NCBI GenBank assembly: GCA_016748015.1
Contig: JAAOMT010000061.1
Coordinates: 62,001-126,000 of the forward strand
Length of the DNA stretch: 64,000 nt
Source of the DNA: Geosiphon pyriformis uo1
Taxonomy: Eukaryota > Fungi > Glomeromycota
Direction: 5' to 3'
Made by a program: the position numbers and the translations under genes. Shown piece after piece: positions 12,597-25,863 of the stretch (the first letter of the stretch is position 1; each line of letters begins with the position of its first letter). Under the pieces are notes generated by a model. It worked only from the letters and a program-made list of their open reading frames with translations, was not told the DNA's origin and searched no databases.

Positions 12597-13860
12597 ATGA
12601 ATATACAAAAATACTAACAACTATAATATTATATAAATACCCAATTGTTCAAGGAAAAATTATCTCAAAAGAAACAAAGGAACATAAAACAACAATCAAA
12701 ATATTTTATTAACTATCAAAATATACTTTATCAGAAGAACAAAAGAAATTCAAATCAACCAACCAGAATAATCACAGAACCAAAAAAAGAGACAATATTA
12801 TTCAACATACACTCAGATTTAACAGCAGAACATTTTCATAAAGAAGCAACCATGAAAAGAACCAGAAAAAGATATTATTGGCCATCAATATATCCAGACA
12901 TTATTCAATATATTCAAAATTGTGATGCTTGTCAGAGAAGAGAAGAAACAAAACCCAGTAAATCATTAAAACCAATCAAAGTAAGACAACCATTCAATCA
13001 TATCAGGATCAACTTGGTTGGATCATTAACAATTACCAGTAGAGGTAACAGATATATTGCAGTAGCTATGGACTATTTCACCAAATGGCCAGAAGCAAAA
13101 GCCATTCAAAAAACAGATGCAGAATCTGTTGCCAAATTTGTTCATCAAGATTTAATATGTCAACATGGATGTCCAAAAAAACTATTATCAGATTAAGGAA
13201 CTCACTTTGTAAATAAAACATTGACAGAATTAAGTCAAAAATTCGAGATAAAAAGATCATTATTATTATCATATCATCCACAAACAAATAAGTTAGTTGA
13301 AAGATTTAACAGAACATTGTGTAAAGCAATCGCCAAGATCAGTTAAAAAAACCAGGATGAATGAAATTTGTTTATACCATCAGTATTATTTGCTTATCAG
13401 ACAATGAAACAAAACACTACACAGGCAACACTATTTGAATTAGTATACAGTAGAACAACAACATTACCAGTGGAAATAGAAGTCAACACTTATCCAACAG
13501 AACCAATAACTGAAAATAATTTGCAGAAAACATTGCTAAGAAGAACATATGACTTGATGGAAACACTAGAAAACAAATGGCGAAGAGCAGCTAATAACAT
13601 TTAAAAGTCACAGGAAAAACAAAAAGAAAGACATAATAACCAACTACCAAATAAACCAGTTGAATTCAAAATTAGAGACAAAATACTTTTATATTGTACT
13701 AAAGCAGAAAAACAATGGAGTGGAAAATTTGATTCCAAATGGAATGAACTATTTCACATAGAAGAAATTCTTAGAAATAGAGCTTATAAATTAAGATGGG
13801 ACAACAAAATCTTAGCCAAAGCAGCACATAGTGATTAACTAAAACCATATTACCATATAG
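12597..13860 (+). pseudogene. integrase of copy B (HHCC, DDE core, GPY/F-like C-terminus)
   Basis: HSDLTAEHF...YYWP...CDACQR; DYFTKWPEA; SD*GTHF; HPQTNKLVERFN; KFDSKWNELF. Confidence 0.9.
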
Positions 13861-14012
13861 TGTCACCATCCACCAGTAATATTTCACAATTAAGAGTACA
13901 AGAAATACTAGTCCAACCAAATGAGATTCAACAAGATCTGAAACCAATCATAATCATTGAACCAAACACGTAAAATTGAACAATAAAAAGAGTACATAAA
14001 GACATAGTAGAC

Positions 14013-14574
14013 ATGACAAAAGACTTCAGAAAAATAGAAATTACTGACAATATTCACTTACTAGCACAACAACTCTTCCAACTAATTTAACAACAGAATA
14101 TAAAAATTACTATCAATCAACAAACTATTCGATACCAAGACACCAGAAAAATACCCAAATACAAAAGTCAAAGAAAAACAGAAAACACTATTGACAAAAT
14201 GGTTCTGAAAATAAAATTAGCAATAGAAGAACCAACAAATGTCACCACATATTAAGAATTGACCAAAGAAACTTGGAAATGATGAATACATGAATTTCCA
14301 AGAAACTTTTATTATTTTCACTTGGGATGACACTTGAATATTTAGAACTTATATACAGATAAAACAAAATAATTATTCAACACAACAATACTGTAACAAC
14401 TAAAACAATTTGTAAAAAAGAACAATTTGACTACACAAGCAAGAGCCATCTATAGACTACATATAGAATTCTAAGACAGACCGGAAATTTTACTTAATCT
14501 GGAATTGGATGCCATTATAGTTAACCAGATGAGAAAAATAACCAACACCCAATTTGAAGAATTACAGAACAATC
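14013..14574 (+). pseudogene. third ORF (unknown function) downstream of integrase; its C-terminus lies inverted at 15203-15300
   Basis: ATG at 14013 opens MTKDFRKIEITDNIHLLAQQLFQLI...; frame interrupted by stops, most compatible with single C>T or G>A changes; the inverted piece reads IIQVIFEKKVQEILNNRELELEDLENLNGAQY* next to the PPT. Confidence 0.6.
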
Positions 14575-15555
14575 TTTGTTTCACAGGTTTTTTACCAGTC
14601 CCTATAATGTCTGTATCTTAGCACTTAATTTTTAATCAACTTAGTAAAATCAAGGAATAACAAAAAAGAAAATAAAAGAAAATAAAAGAAAATAAAGAAA
14701 TAAACAAAAGCAATTGCAAGTTAATATCCCATTAATAGTTGTAATCAAGAGTTATTATTCCAGTGTAGTTAAGTATCAATTACTATCAACATGAAGTGTT
14801 GATAGTAGAGAGTAAATTGAGATAGTGAATAATTATTTATTAATATTTGTGAATGAAAAATTGTTTAGATCAAATTTAAACTGGGAGGTCTCTAATTAAA
14901 GAATTCTGCCTTTTTTCCTTCTAATGCTACCACTATATATACATAATTGAGATTCCTTAATTCTTCAATTCTTTATACCAAGAATTCTGAAATTCCTGGA
15001 ATTCTGCAATTACTTTTGAGAAAAATCCTGGAATTCTGGAATTTTGCAATTCTTTTGAACAAGAATCCTGAAATTTCTGGAATCCTGCAATTTCTCTTGA
15101 GAAAAATCCTGGAATTCCATATTTACTACGGCTATTTCTGATTGGCTAATTTATATGCTAATATATTTCCTATATTCTATGAGTAACATTATTTTCTTCT
15201 TTTTAATATTGAGCTCCATTGAGATTTTCCAAATCTTCTAACTCTAATTCTCTGTTGTTGAGTATTTCTTGAACTTTTTTTTCAAAAATTACTTGAATTA
15301 TCTAGAACACTTATAGATTTGAGGATAGCTTACCAGGAGAATTACCAGCCACCACACTGAGAAAAAAATTTGACAGAATTGTAATTCCAGAAGGCTACTG
15401 AAAACAACTATTCAATTTCTGTCCATTATACAAAAAACTCCACAACAAAACCTTCAAATCAACAAAACCTTCAGATATTAACATTAGAATACCAACTAAG
15501 CACCAAGTTACAGATTTGTTATTTGTTTTAAGACCCCAAATAATCATCTGTAACA
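14575..15555 (+). repeat. 3' LTR of copy B with its first ~610 bp, the PPT and the ORF3 tail inverted (14575-~15302)
   Basis: 14575-15188 is the reverse complement of 5464-~6075; 15189-15204 is an inverted polypurine tract; ~15303-15555 is a direct copy of ~6080-6331. Confidence 0.9.
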
Positions 15556-16039
15556 GTGTCTACATAATTTTGTGTAAAGGTTTTGTTTTTAGAAAATAGA
15601 TGGATGAAATGGTTTTTATTTTCAATGATTAAAGGAAAACATTGTTAATAGTAGTTGATTTTGTTTGTGGTTTGGCTAAGAGAGATTAAAATGAGTTGTA
15701 ATTATTTAAGGCAAAATTCAGGATAAAAATGAAGAAGAATGGTCTAATTGGAAATATTAGTTTAATTGTTGTGATTTTAAATGAGGTGTTAGGACTTCTG
15801 TTTATAAAAGTTGTTTGGCTGCTTGGTATTTTTGAATTTTTTGCTGTTAGTTTTGGTTTGCATAAGATGTGCACTTTTTTTTCAAGTATTAATAATAATA
15901 CTAGGGTTTATATAAGTACATAATATAGTTTTGATTAGTCCAAGTGACTAGTTACATATAACAAGCACATAAGTCATGTTTAGTTGGATTCTTCTGTTAT
16001 GTTTCTGTATACTAGATAGTGATTGGGCTGCACTCGTAA
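15556..16039 (+). mobile_element. 3' end of a LINE (ORF2 C-terminus, conserved tail, poly-A); continuous with 5404-5463 across the Gypsy B insertion
   Basis: Joined flanks read SLSEISDIGVYIILCKGFVFRK, matching LINE ORF2 C-termini at 52216-52470 and ~56950-57000; tail ~15925-16030 ends in an A-run. Confidence 0.82.
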
Positions 16040-17480
16040 ATAAATATTAAAAAAAAATATTAAGCTTTTTTGTGTGAAGTTTGCTTTCTAAAGTTCTCTA
16101 AATACTGCATTTCTGATTAAGCTTATAAGCTTTGTTTGTCTTGCTACTCTTAAAATTGCCAAGTCTTTGGTGGTTTTTGAGTCTGGTTCTTTTTTTGTTG
16201 CTATTGCACTGTGTAATGTGTCTTTGAATATGTCTGCTGTTAATATTAAGTTAGCTTTTAATGTTTTTGGTGAAATTTTTTGTGTTGTGCTAAAGCTTGT
16301 TGGTATTTGACAATATGTGGTTGTTTATTTTAATGAATTGAATGCTGTTGTATCTGCTCTTAATTACTAATTAGTATTAGTAGACAAAGATAGTGTTTGG
16401 ATTTTTCTTTTCATAAATTAAAAAAAAACTATTTTGTTTTATAATAAGTTTAAAGCCAAATTGGTCAATTTTTTTTTTGGCTGTATTGCTTTTGAGATTA
16501 GTAATATGATTTCTCAAGTTAGTAATTAGACTTGTTTTATTTCTTGTTTACCTAATTCTGATTGTTGTTTCTGGTTTGCTCTGGTTATGTTTGGCTCTTA
16601 AGTTGATTTGAATTTTACAGTTGTTAAAACTAGTATACTAAAAAGATGTCATATTTAATGAGAAATCTTTGGTTGTTGGTATTGCTTTAGATATCAAAAA
16701 ATGGACTATTTGGCTGCAAACTATACAGTATTTCTACTTCTTTCTTCTATGGTTTTCAAGATATTTAAATTGTATTTTGCAGATAATATTTTTTATAGTT
16801 AAGATCTCTGCTCATTCAGATCTTTTTAAGTTTCTTTCTTTGGCAGCTTTTGCTTTTTTTTCTGTAATTATTGGTGATTCTCTGTTTTTCTTTCAACTGA
16901 TGTTTTTAGAATCTGATTTGGTTAAGTTGTCAACTTTGGTTTAGTTAATTGTTAAGCCTATTGGTATATTAGTTATTGTATTTAAACATTTTATTAAAGA
17001 TAATTTTACTTTAAGCAATTTTTTTAGTTTAAAAATCAATGAGTTTATGGTTTATCTGGGTTTTTTTAGCAAGATTATTGGTAAGTTGAAAAGAAAATTA
17101 GTTTTTTAAAAAAAAGAGTACTACATAGACAATATTAATATGTTTAGTAATTTAAAGTGTTTAATTAGTATAAATAATAATGTGTTTTTTAACTTAATGT
17201 TTCTTTAAGCACATAAGTTTATTAGTATTAAAACTAACTCTTTGAAAACAGCCAAATAGCTGATAGGATTGGTCTTTTGTAGTGTTACTTTGTTTAATAT
17301 TATTCAAAAAATATCATCTTTGAATAAGTTTTCTTTTGTTGCATCAACTTAGTATAGCCTAAATTAGCTTGAATAGTTAATTATATGTAAAAAGCACATA
17401 AACTTTATTTAGCACTAGAACACTTAGTTTGTTTCTAATTTCTAGATAGTAGTTGGACTTTGCTTGTTAAATCTAATAAA
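16040..17480 (+). mobile_element. 5'-truncated ORF1-only (HAL1-like) non-LTR element
   Basis: Aligns by eye to 35343 onward (KLFCVKFAF...); ends in the shared tail plus A-run. Confidence 0.8.
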
Positions 17481-17517
17481 AAAATTAAAAATTAAAAAAC
17501 TTATTTGTAATATTTAT

Positions 17518-19000
17518 TGTTATTTATATAAGCAAACATAATAATATAAATAGCTAATAGTAAATTAGAAAATTATCAAAACACATAATACCAAAAATTT
17601 TAGAAATTACAAGAATATTAATAAAAATATCAATTATTTCAAAAATACTAAAAATTCAGAAACAATTCAAAAAAATTATAAAAATTTCAGAAATATTATA
17701 TTATAAAGATTTATATATATAGCAAAAGTATTAAAAAAAAATAAACAAAGAACAAACAATTTACTTTAAAATTAGTCTAGTTTTTTTACTTAAAAATCAT
17801 ATTATTATTAATAAAATCTTAATTAATTTTATTTTATGTATTAATTTATAAATTTAAAACTATTTTATTAAAATTTATATTATAATTATCTTGATATTAT
17901 TAGTATCTACTATAGCTACTTAACAATATTAAAACAATAACTCTTGATTATAACTATTAAAAAAATACTAATTATTGCTTTATTATTTTGTTATTATTGT
18001 TTTATTTAAGTTTATTAATTAAATATAAAAAAAGTGTTAAAATCATAACATCAAAGTTTGCTTGATAAAAGATATCAAAATAGAACATAAACATAATTAA
18101 AGAACTAGAATTACTTATTAAAAAATTATAAACACTAAAATAAATTAGTTTCTATACTAAAAAAATTCCAAATTAATTATTTCCTACTATTTATTAAATT
18201 TCTGTTTATTATATAAAAACTTTTACTAAAATCTTTAAATTAATTTTTAGAATATATTATTACTAATCAGAATACTAAGTTATAAAATTACATTAATAAA
18301 AATTTATTTGTAATATTTAATGTTCTTTGTGAAATATAATTCACAAAAAACAGAGCATCAATTAAACAACAATTAACAAAAATAGCAAAATTAGGATTTA
18401 CAAAAACTAATTACTTAAAATTTGTGAATTACTATACAAAAATTTTCAAAAAAATTTAAAATTAAATTTTTATAATTTCTTAATTAAATTTGCATTTAAT
18501 TTTTATATTAATAAAAAATCTAATATAATATAGAGAAAATAATTAACATAAAAATTGTAAAAGCTGATTTTTATAAAATTATTAGATAATATTTTAATCA
18601 TTATTAATTATATAACTTTACAACAATATTTACAAAAATTTATTTTGTAATTTACACAAATATTAGTCATAATATTTAAAAAAATAGTCTTACTATTATA
18701 AAAAAAATTTCAAGTCTATTTACTATTAAAACTATTATATTATTATATATTTAGCAGTATTATTCAAATTTTGTTAAAAACTATATTTATATTTACACTA
18801 AAACCCAAACTTATTTTTCAAAATTGGTTTAAAAATAGTTATTTATTAAAAAAATATGAAAAATTTTGATCAAGATTAGTCATATCAATCTTATTATAAT
18901 TATTATTACCAAGACCCAATTTTAACTATAACTATTACTAAAAAGAAACAGAATTAAAAAAAAAAGTCAAAATTAAAAAACAAAAAAAAAACATAATTTT
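17518..19000 (+). mobile_element. very degraded family-1 Gypsy LTR, PBS and gag start
   Basis: TATATATATAGCA block ~17712; LTR end/PBS-like TTTGTAATA-TTTAATGTTCTTTGTGAAATATAA ~18306-18340; extreme AT drift. Confidence 0.6.
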
Positions 19001-19002
19001 AA

Positions 19003-22000
19003 ATCTAATCACCACTGGTAATAACCATAAACTTATTGATGGTTGAATTAACTTATTGTTTAATATTTTGTTGATTTTCTATCAGATAATTTTATGGTTT
19101 ACTGGTAGTACTTAGTATGCTTGTTGTTTAATTGGCATAGCATCTCTAGTTTTAATCTGATGCTAAATAATATCAGTTCTGCCAAATTCATTTTTACTGG
19201 CAAAAATGTCAGTAAAATTGTTAAGTAGTATCTTAAGTTGTATTTGTTGAAGTGGGTCTAAGTTTTTTAAATTTATTTGTTCTAATTGTTTTAATTAGAG
19301 CAAATAACATTTTTCTTGTCCATATATTATTTGTGATGTAATATCCATATATTTACAAAGCTGTGGAAAATCTAGAATAGTGTTTAGTAGTTGGTTTTCA
19401 ACTTTAATGTTTAAATACTCAATAGTAGTATTGCTTGGTATTTCAATAGTGTCTTTAATTATATTGTAGATAGAAATTTTGATGTGCTTATAGTTTTTGG
19501 TTAATATATAGAGATTGGTAATTCCAATTTTTTTTGATTTACAAATAGTTGGTTCTGCTTCAAAAATCTGAGACTGGTTCCTTATTTTTCTCTCTATTAC
19601 TAATATATACTAGTTATATGGTGGAATAGAAACTGATTGATTAATAGAAATAATTTTTTTCTTATTAATTGGTTTTTTTTTTGCCATATTAATTGGTATG
19701 TCTATTCTATTTATTGATTTGAATCTATTTTTTTCTCTGACTATGATTCTTAATTTTTCCCTTGTTCTTATTGGCATTGTTACTGGAGGTTTTTGGTCTC
19801 TTTTCTTAAATGTTGTTAATGTTGATTTGTTGTGAATTCACATTTCCAGGAAGTAGTTGGACCTCCAGTAACTGAATTTATCTTCAAATTATCTCCTATA
19901 ATTTGAACTTGCTGGGCTTATGAGTGGAATGGCCAATTCTGTGCCAGTTGCTTTATGTAGTTACGTTATAGTAAATGTCAACTCTTTCCCAGGAATTGCT
20001 TGTCTGGAAGCTCACTAAAAATGTGTAGTTACTTTGCTGTGAAAGTCAACTCTTCTACAAAAATCTTGTCTGTAAGCTACCCTAATGATTGTAATAAGAA
20101 AAGAAAAGAAAAATAAAAGAAATGTAAAAGAAATAGGATTTTTATCAAGGGAAACGTTTTCTATCCAGGCCTGGAGTCACTAACAGTTTACTGAAATTGG
20201 TAGCTAATCAATTTCAAAATGTTAGTTGGGTTTTGAGAATTTTCTAAGTGCAATAATTTAAAGAATTTGGTTTTTCGAATTATTTGATATTTATTTCTTT
20301 TTGTGTGTGTAGAAATGGTTCTAAGTGATAAATCTAAAGTAAGATACATTTTTTCGAAGAGAGATGCTCTTCTTTTATACAACTTGTTGTAACACTATTC
20401 TATGAACTTGAACTTTGCTATTTTCTACAATTTCGCTAAACTAAAGATACATTTCGGTAAACTACAAGTTATTTCTGCAAACTATTAGATATTTCAGTGA
20501 ACTATCAATTATTTCGGTGAATTTCTACAAATTTCGGCAAACTTTTGAATGTTACATAGTTTGGGGTATTGCATGATTTAATCATCGCAATTAGGTTACA
20601 TTTGTGTTGTGTACAAATTGGGTTATTAATTAAATGATAATTTCGGACATTTTGCTAATGTAATAAGTGATAATTTGAAATGATAATATATGCTAATTAA
20701 TGATAGGATTTATAAGATAATTTCATGCTAAATAATATCTCTAATTTTGTCTGGTAACAGCATTAATTGAGGTGTTTTTATCAAAAATAGAAATATTGTC
20801 TATGCTATTTTTTTATTTAGTTCAATTGTGTATCTTTTTTTTGAATTGTTTTGTAGTATTGCAATGATATTTTTTACATATTCTGCATCAATTATTTTTC
20901 CTCTAATGTTAATCTCTTTTTTTACTAAACTAAATTTAAATACTAATTGAATTATTGTTGTTGCCAGAATTTCTAGTGCTATTTTTAAATCTATACTGGT
21001 ACATATATGTGGTTCTACTTTGATGACAGTTTTTTTTGTGTATTTAAAATTAAATTCTGCATTAGTATCATGTGTGTATTCTGGCATAATAACTTTGTTA
21101 TTATTGCTGAACTATTTCAGTTTCTGTTCTATAGAGAGATCTGGAAGCACAATATATTGTTTAAGATTGTAATTGGAGTTTGAATCATTGTTGTCATTAC
21201 TATAGTGAATAAAATTAGAACCATTGTTGTTATTATTGTTGAAGTCTAAATTGTAATTGATTTTTGATTTTGATTTTGATACATATTCACTGATTGGTTT
21301 TTTTTTTTAAAGATCAAATAGATTATGTGTGATAGTAGATTGTAAATAATGTTACAATTATTACAATACTAGAAATTACATAGAATTAAACAGTGGTCAC
21401 ATAGTCAAATATTGAGCTGTTCTAAGTATTGCTTTTGCTCTTTTCTAGTGAATGTTAATTTCTAATAATGTTTATAGAATTGTTTCAGATCCATAACATT
21501 AAGAATAATATTAGAGTTTGAGACCTAAATAGTTTTTTTGGGTTCTGGTGAGTTGTTTTTAATTGTTTTTATTTCTTTTAAAGACATGTCTTTGATTTTA
21601 ACAATTGTTATTTACTAGATTTTGTTATTATTATGTGGGCAACTATCTAAATGTTTTACAGCTTTCCTCCAAACAGCATCTATTGGCATTTTTTTGTTTA
21701 CCTAATTGCTTATAAGAATTATTTATTAACATAATTTGTCACATATTTCTCCATGACCAGAAATGTTGTACCATATTCTTTTGTTCAGAAAAGTTTTTTT
21801 ACAAGCAAGACATAGTTTGTTGTTCTATTTTTCTTGTTATTTTGGTCTTCTAAAACATTTAAAAACATATGGTCAATAGTAGTATTTTGTTGCTGTGGGT
21901 CATTTTTCATTTTCACTACAGCATACACTTATTGATAACAATTTCTTATCACAATTAATGCAAACTAGCTTTGGTTGATAATAATGTGAGTTTGCACAAA

Positions 22001-25000
22001 GAGTAATATATAAAATATAAATAAAAGTGATTGCTTTGGGTTTTTTTTTGTTTTTTTTTTGTTTTTTTTTCTCAGTTTGAGATTAATGGCAGTTTGTTGT
22101 GATTATTTTTGGCCCATAATATCTAATATGTTTTTTAGATAGGTTTTTCCTTTTTTTTCTTAAACTTAATTAGTGGCTGCTTGTTGATGTGGTTTTGAAA
22201 TAACTACAAGTGGCTGGTACTTAAATGTTCTGGCCATTCTGGCTTAGTTGTAATTTCTGGGTGTTTTAGTTAAGTACTGTATTGGTTTTAGACAGCCAGT
22301 TATTATTAACAAAAGCTTGGTATTGTGTGGCTTCTATTATCAACACTTTGATTGGTACTGTGATGCCATTAACTTTAAATAAAAAGTTATTAATCTTACT
22401 AATAAGTGTTTTTAACACTCCATCAACAGTAATAATTCTGGTGCTGGTAGTGTGATTAATTCAGCAATCTAGCTGGTTTATGAGTTGTTATGTAATAATG
22501 CTGTTTACTAACTCACTGTTAAGAATCAGTTTAATAAAATGGCCATCGACTTTGGCATATATATACATGATGGTAATTAGTTTGGTGTTGAAAGCAGCTC
22601 TATTGAATAGAGATATTATGGCTAATTTTTTTATTTTAAAGAGAAATATGACTGCAAATGAGTTGTTTTCTATAATGGTAGCTGGTAAAATGTTGCTAAT
22701 AAGTATAAATTGTTTTTGGTTGGTTTTTGATAGGTTGGATGTGGTAATTTTTGGGAATATTAAGAAACTTAAATAGTATAGGACATTTAGGTTTTGGGTA
22801 TAGTTAGTTCTTAAATTTTGCTGTTATGATTCAGATTGCTAGGCTACTAAACTGAAGATTGGTTGGTGCATTACTATTGCTAATCTCCAATTTTGGCAAA
22901 TTTGAGTTGTTTTCAGCCTTTGATTTCTATTGGAAGATAAGTTCTAAGGCTGGGTTTGAATTTGTTGAGATTAATACATTATTTGGGACTGGAACAACTA
23001 ATAAATTATTGGTATTGGGTTTTAATAAATTGACAGCTAATAAATTAGTTGTGTTAATAGAAAGTAATATAGTTGATAGTGGTATTGTTCAGATAATTAA
23101 TTACTAACATTATTTAGGATTTGAAATCAACAAGCAGAATTTCAAAATTTCTCAATTGTTAATTATTTAACCATATGCAACAGTCAATTTACAAATGTTT
23201 TTGTTTACCACAATAGTAGCAACTACACGTTTTTTGTTACCATTATTGATTGTTTGATGATAATGAATGCAGTTGATTTTGAAGGCAATTTAAGTTTTTC
23301 TAATTATTGTAATGTTGTAGAGACTAATAAATTGCTTAATTGTTAGTTAAGTATCCCTCTAGCTTTTGGTTGATTGAATTACTGAATTGTTTTAGCTTAG
23401 AATCCAAGTTAGATAATCTGTTTATTACTAAATTTATGGCTTAGATGTGGTTGATTTTTAATTTAGCTAATTCAAAATTTCAGATATTTGTGATTGTATC
23501 TTAAAGTATTTGAAAATGTAATGGGTATATGCATTGTAAAAAATTATTGTGCAGGCCATAAATGAACTGATTTAGAATTTGGGGTACTGTAAAATAATTA
23601 GCATTAATGGTTTAAATTTGGCACAGATTTCTGTAAAAGTATCTTAAATGAGTAGTAACAACTTTAATATCTTCTTGCTTAATAGTAGTAAAGGCAGTTG
23701 TAAGGCAATTAATGCTGTTATTATTACTAAAATATCTCAAAAATTCAACTTTGAATTTATTGAAAGTTTGGGGTTTTTGGATTAAGCTTTGATACCACAA
23801 GTTGACAGTATCTTGAAGAAAATATGAAATGACTTAAAAAGCTTTAGCATTATCCCAATTATTGGCAGTAATGGCTTTAGCAATATTATCAACCAAACTT
23901 GGGTGTTGTCTTCTTTACTATTGAATTTTTCTAATTTGACAATTGGTGTATATGTCATTGGTGTTATAATTGGTTGTTATTGTAGTTGTAGTAGTTGTGG
24001 CTATTGTTGTTGTTTAGCAATTGATACAATGAATGGTAGATTAATCACAATTACTGGAGATAAGTTTTAAAAAACAATAAGAGTAGAATTTAGATTGTTC
24101 TAATTTTGTTAAGCCTAAATAATCAGAATTTATATTTCTGGGTTTTTTAAAATTAGGTTTTGATAATTAAATTTCTGATCATTGTTTTCTTTTTTTCCAA
24201 GTCAGTTCTTTCTCAAAGACTTGTGGCTCTAAAATCTAGTTGAGGTAACAGTGATTAAGGTTTTAATAAGGTTGTTGGTTATGATTTAAATCTTTCAAAA
24301 AAATTACCATAGGTTTCTAATAATCTGGCTTTTTCTTAATTGTTTTAAAATAAAACTTGAGATAATGATGTTTTCACAGTTGATTATGATGCAAATCATA
24401 ATGATATGTGTATGATACTTCCTGGTGTATAACAATATAAGGAGTAAATAGGTGAAACAACTTTTGGTTTCTTTCAAGTAAGTGATTGTATTTTTTTTGG
24501 TGTTTTTACTGGTGTTTGTAATTTTTTTTTGTTTGCAAAAGTAATAAAAATTTTTTGTTGGGTGTAATTTCCAATTTCTTTATTTATTTCTGTAATTATC
24601 AGTATAAACAAATAGTTTGGTAAAAGTGTAATGCTATAAAATAATTTACTGTTGAAGTTGTTGAGAGCAGCTTCTAGATTTCTTTAGACTCCCAAGTAAG
24701 ATTTAATTTTTTTGTTAATATAAAAATTAAAAGCTGATTCTGCTGGCCAATATTACTTGTTAATTCAAGATAATTTTAATAATACTAAAATAAGAATTTC
24801 ACAAATTCTAAATAATTTTCTTTTATATTTTCTTGGTCTGCCACTTTTCTGGATGATTGTTGTTGGTATTGGTTCTCTGCTGGATTATACTTTACAGAAA
24901 GCACCAAATGTTACAGGTAATTATTTAAGGTGTAGAAACAAATAACAAATCCATAACTTGGTGCTTAATAACTAAGTAGTATTGGTAATATCTAAAGGTT

Positions 25001-25863
25001 TTCATAATCTAAAGGTTTTGATAAAGTCTTTTGTATAATGAACAGAGATTCAATAGTTGTTTCAGTAGTCTTCCAAAATAGTTATTTCATTAATTTTTTT
25101 TTTTAGCATAATAACCAGTTTATTCTGGCAATTATGTCTTTTTGGTAAGCTATCTTCAATTTTTAAGTTCTATACCCTTATTTCTGGATCTTTTACTAGG
25201 CTATTCTTAATATCAAAATACTTAATGTTTAATCTTTTTAATCAGTTAATAAATAAATAAAAAAAAATAAAAAAAAAATAAAAAAATTAGTATCTCATTA
25301 ATAAACATAATCAAGAACTATTGGTTCAATATAATTAAGTATTGGATTCTATTAATATAGAGTGTTAATAAAGTGAAAGTGTTTAATATTTCTTTAATAA
25401 AGCAATAATAACATAGATTTAAGTGGTAATTAATATTTTATTGATAAGTGATTTGATTCTACTTCAAGTTATAGAAAACTATCTTTTAAAAAAAGAGATA
25501 TAAAATAATTAATGAGTTATAAGTATTGATTTTAAACTGAATTTTGAAATGAATTCTGTCTTTTCTGCTTCTAATATTCTTGCTATATATACATATTTTT
25601 CTGTTCTATGAGATTTCATATTTTTTTGAACAATATGTCTTAATTTACTGATAATGCTCATATTACTAAACAGTATGTTCTAATTTATTGATATTGCTTA
25701 CATTGTTGAACAGTATGCTATAATTTGCTAGCAATGTGCATATTGCTGAACAATATGTTATAGTTTTTTGATATTGTGTTTATGTGTTAAGTACTATTTT
25801 CTTATTGGTCTATTTTTTTATTTGTTTTTCTAGCTTTTTTTTTGTATTTTTCTATGAATAACA
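19003..25863 (-). mobile_element. Ty3/Gypsy family 1, copy C (5' LTR 24909-25863 to start of RT; truncated)
   Basis: LTR termini and PBS at ~24890-24906; gag 23612-23800; dUTPase 20800-21087 split by a solo LTR; RT start near 19010-19200. Confidence 0.88.
19778..20759 (-). repeat. solo LTR of a second LTR family inserted in the dUTPase of copy C
   Basis: TGTTAC...GTAACA termini, 4-bp TSD GCAT on both sides; homologous to 54119-55089. Confidence 0.92.

Larger units (their letters stand above)
5464..15555 (+). mobile_element. Complete (non-functional) Ty3/Gypsy LTR retrotransposon family 1, copy B
   Basis: Starts TGTTACTCAT, ends TCTGTAACA, flanked by 4-bp TSD GTGT (5460-5463 and 15556-15559); order gag(CCHC)-PR-dUTPase-RT-RH-IN; many premature stops. 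Confidence 0.95.

Noticed and set aside
12560-12600. Integrase as a separately initiated ORF (TAA at ~12564, ATG at 12597)
   Set aside because: Same frame as RNase H and the stops could be CAA>TAA decay; undecidable from a single copy
5464-15188. Long terminal inverted repeats suggesting a DIRS-like or TIR element
   Set aside because: The element continues to 15555 with a direct LTR end and 4-bp TSD, encodes a DDE integrase, and re-inverting 14575-15302 restores a normal PPT-LTR
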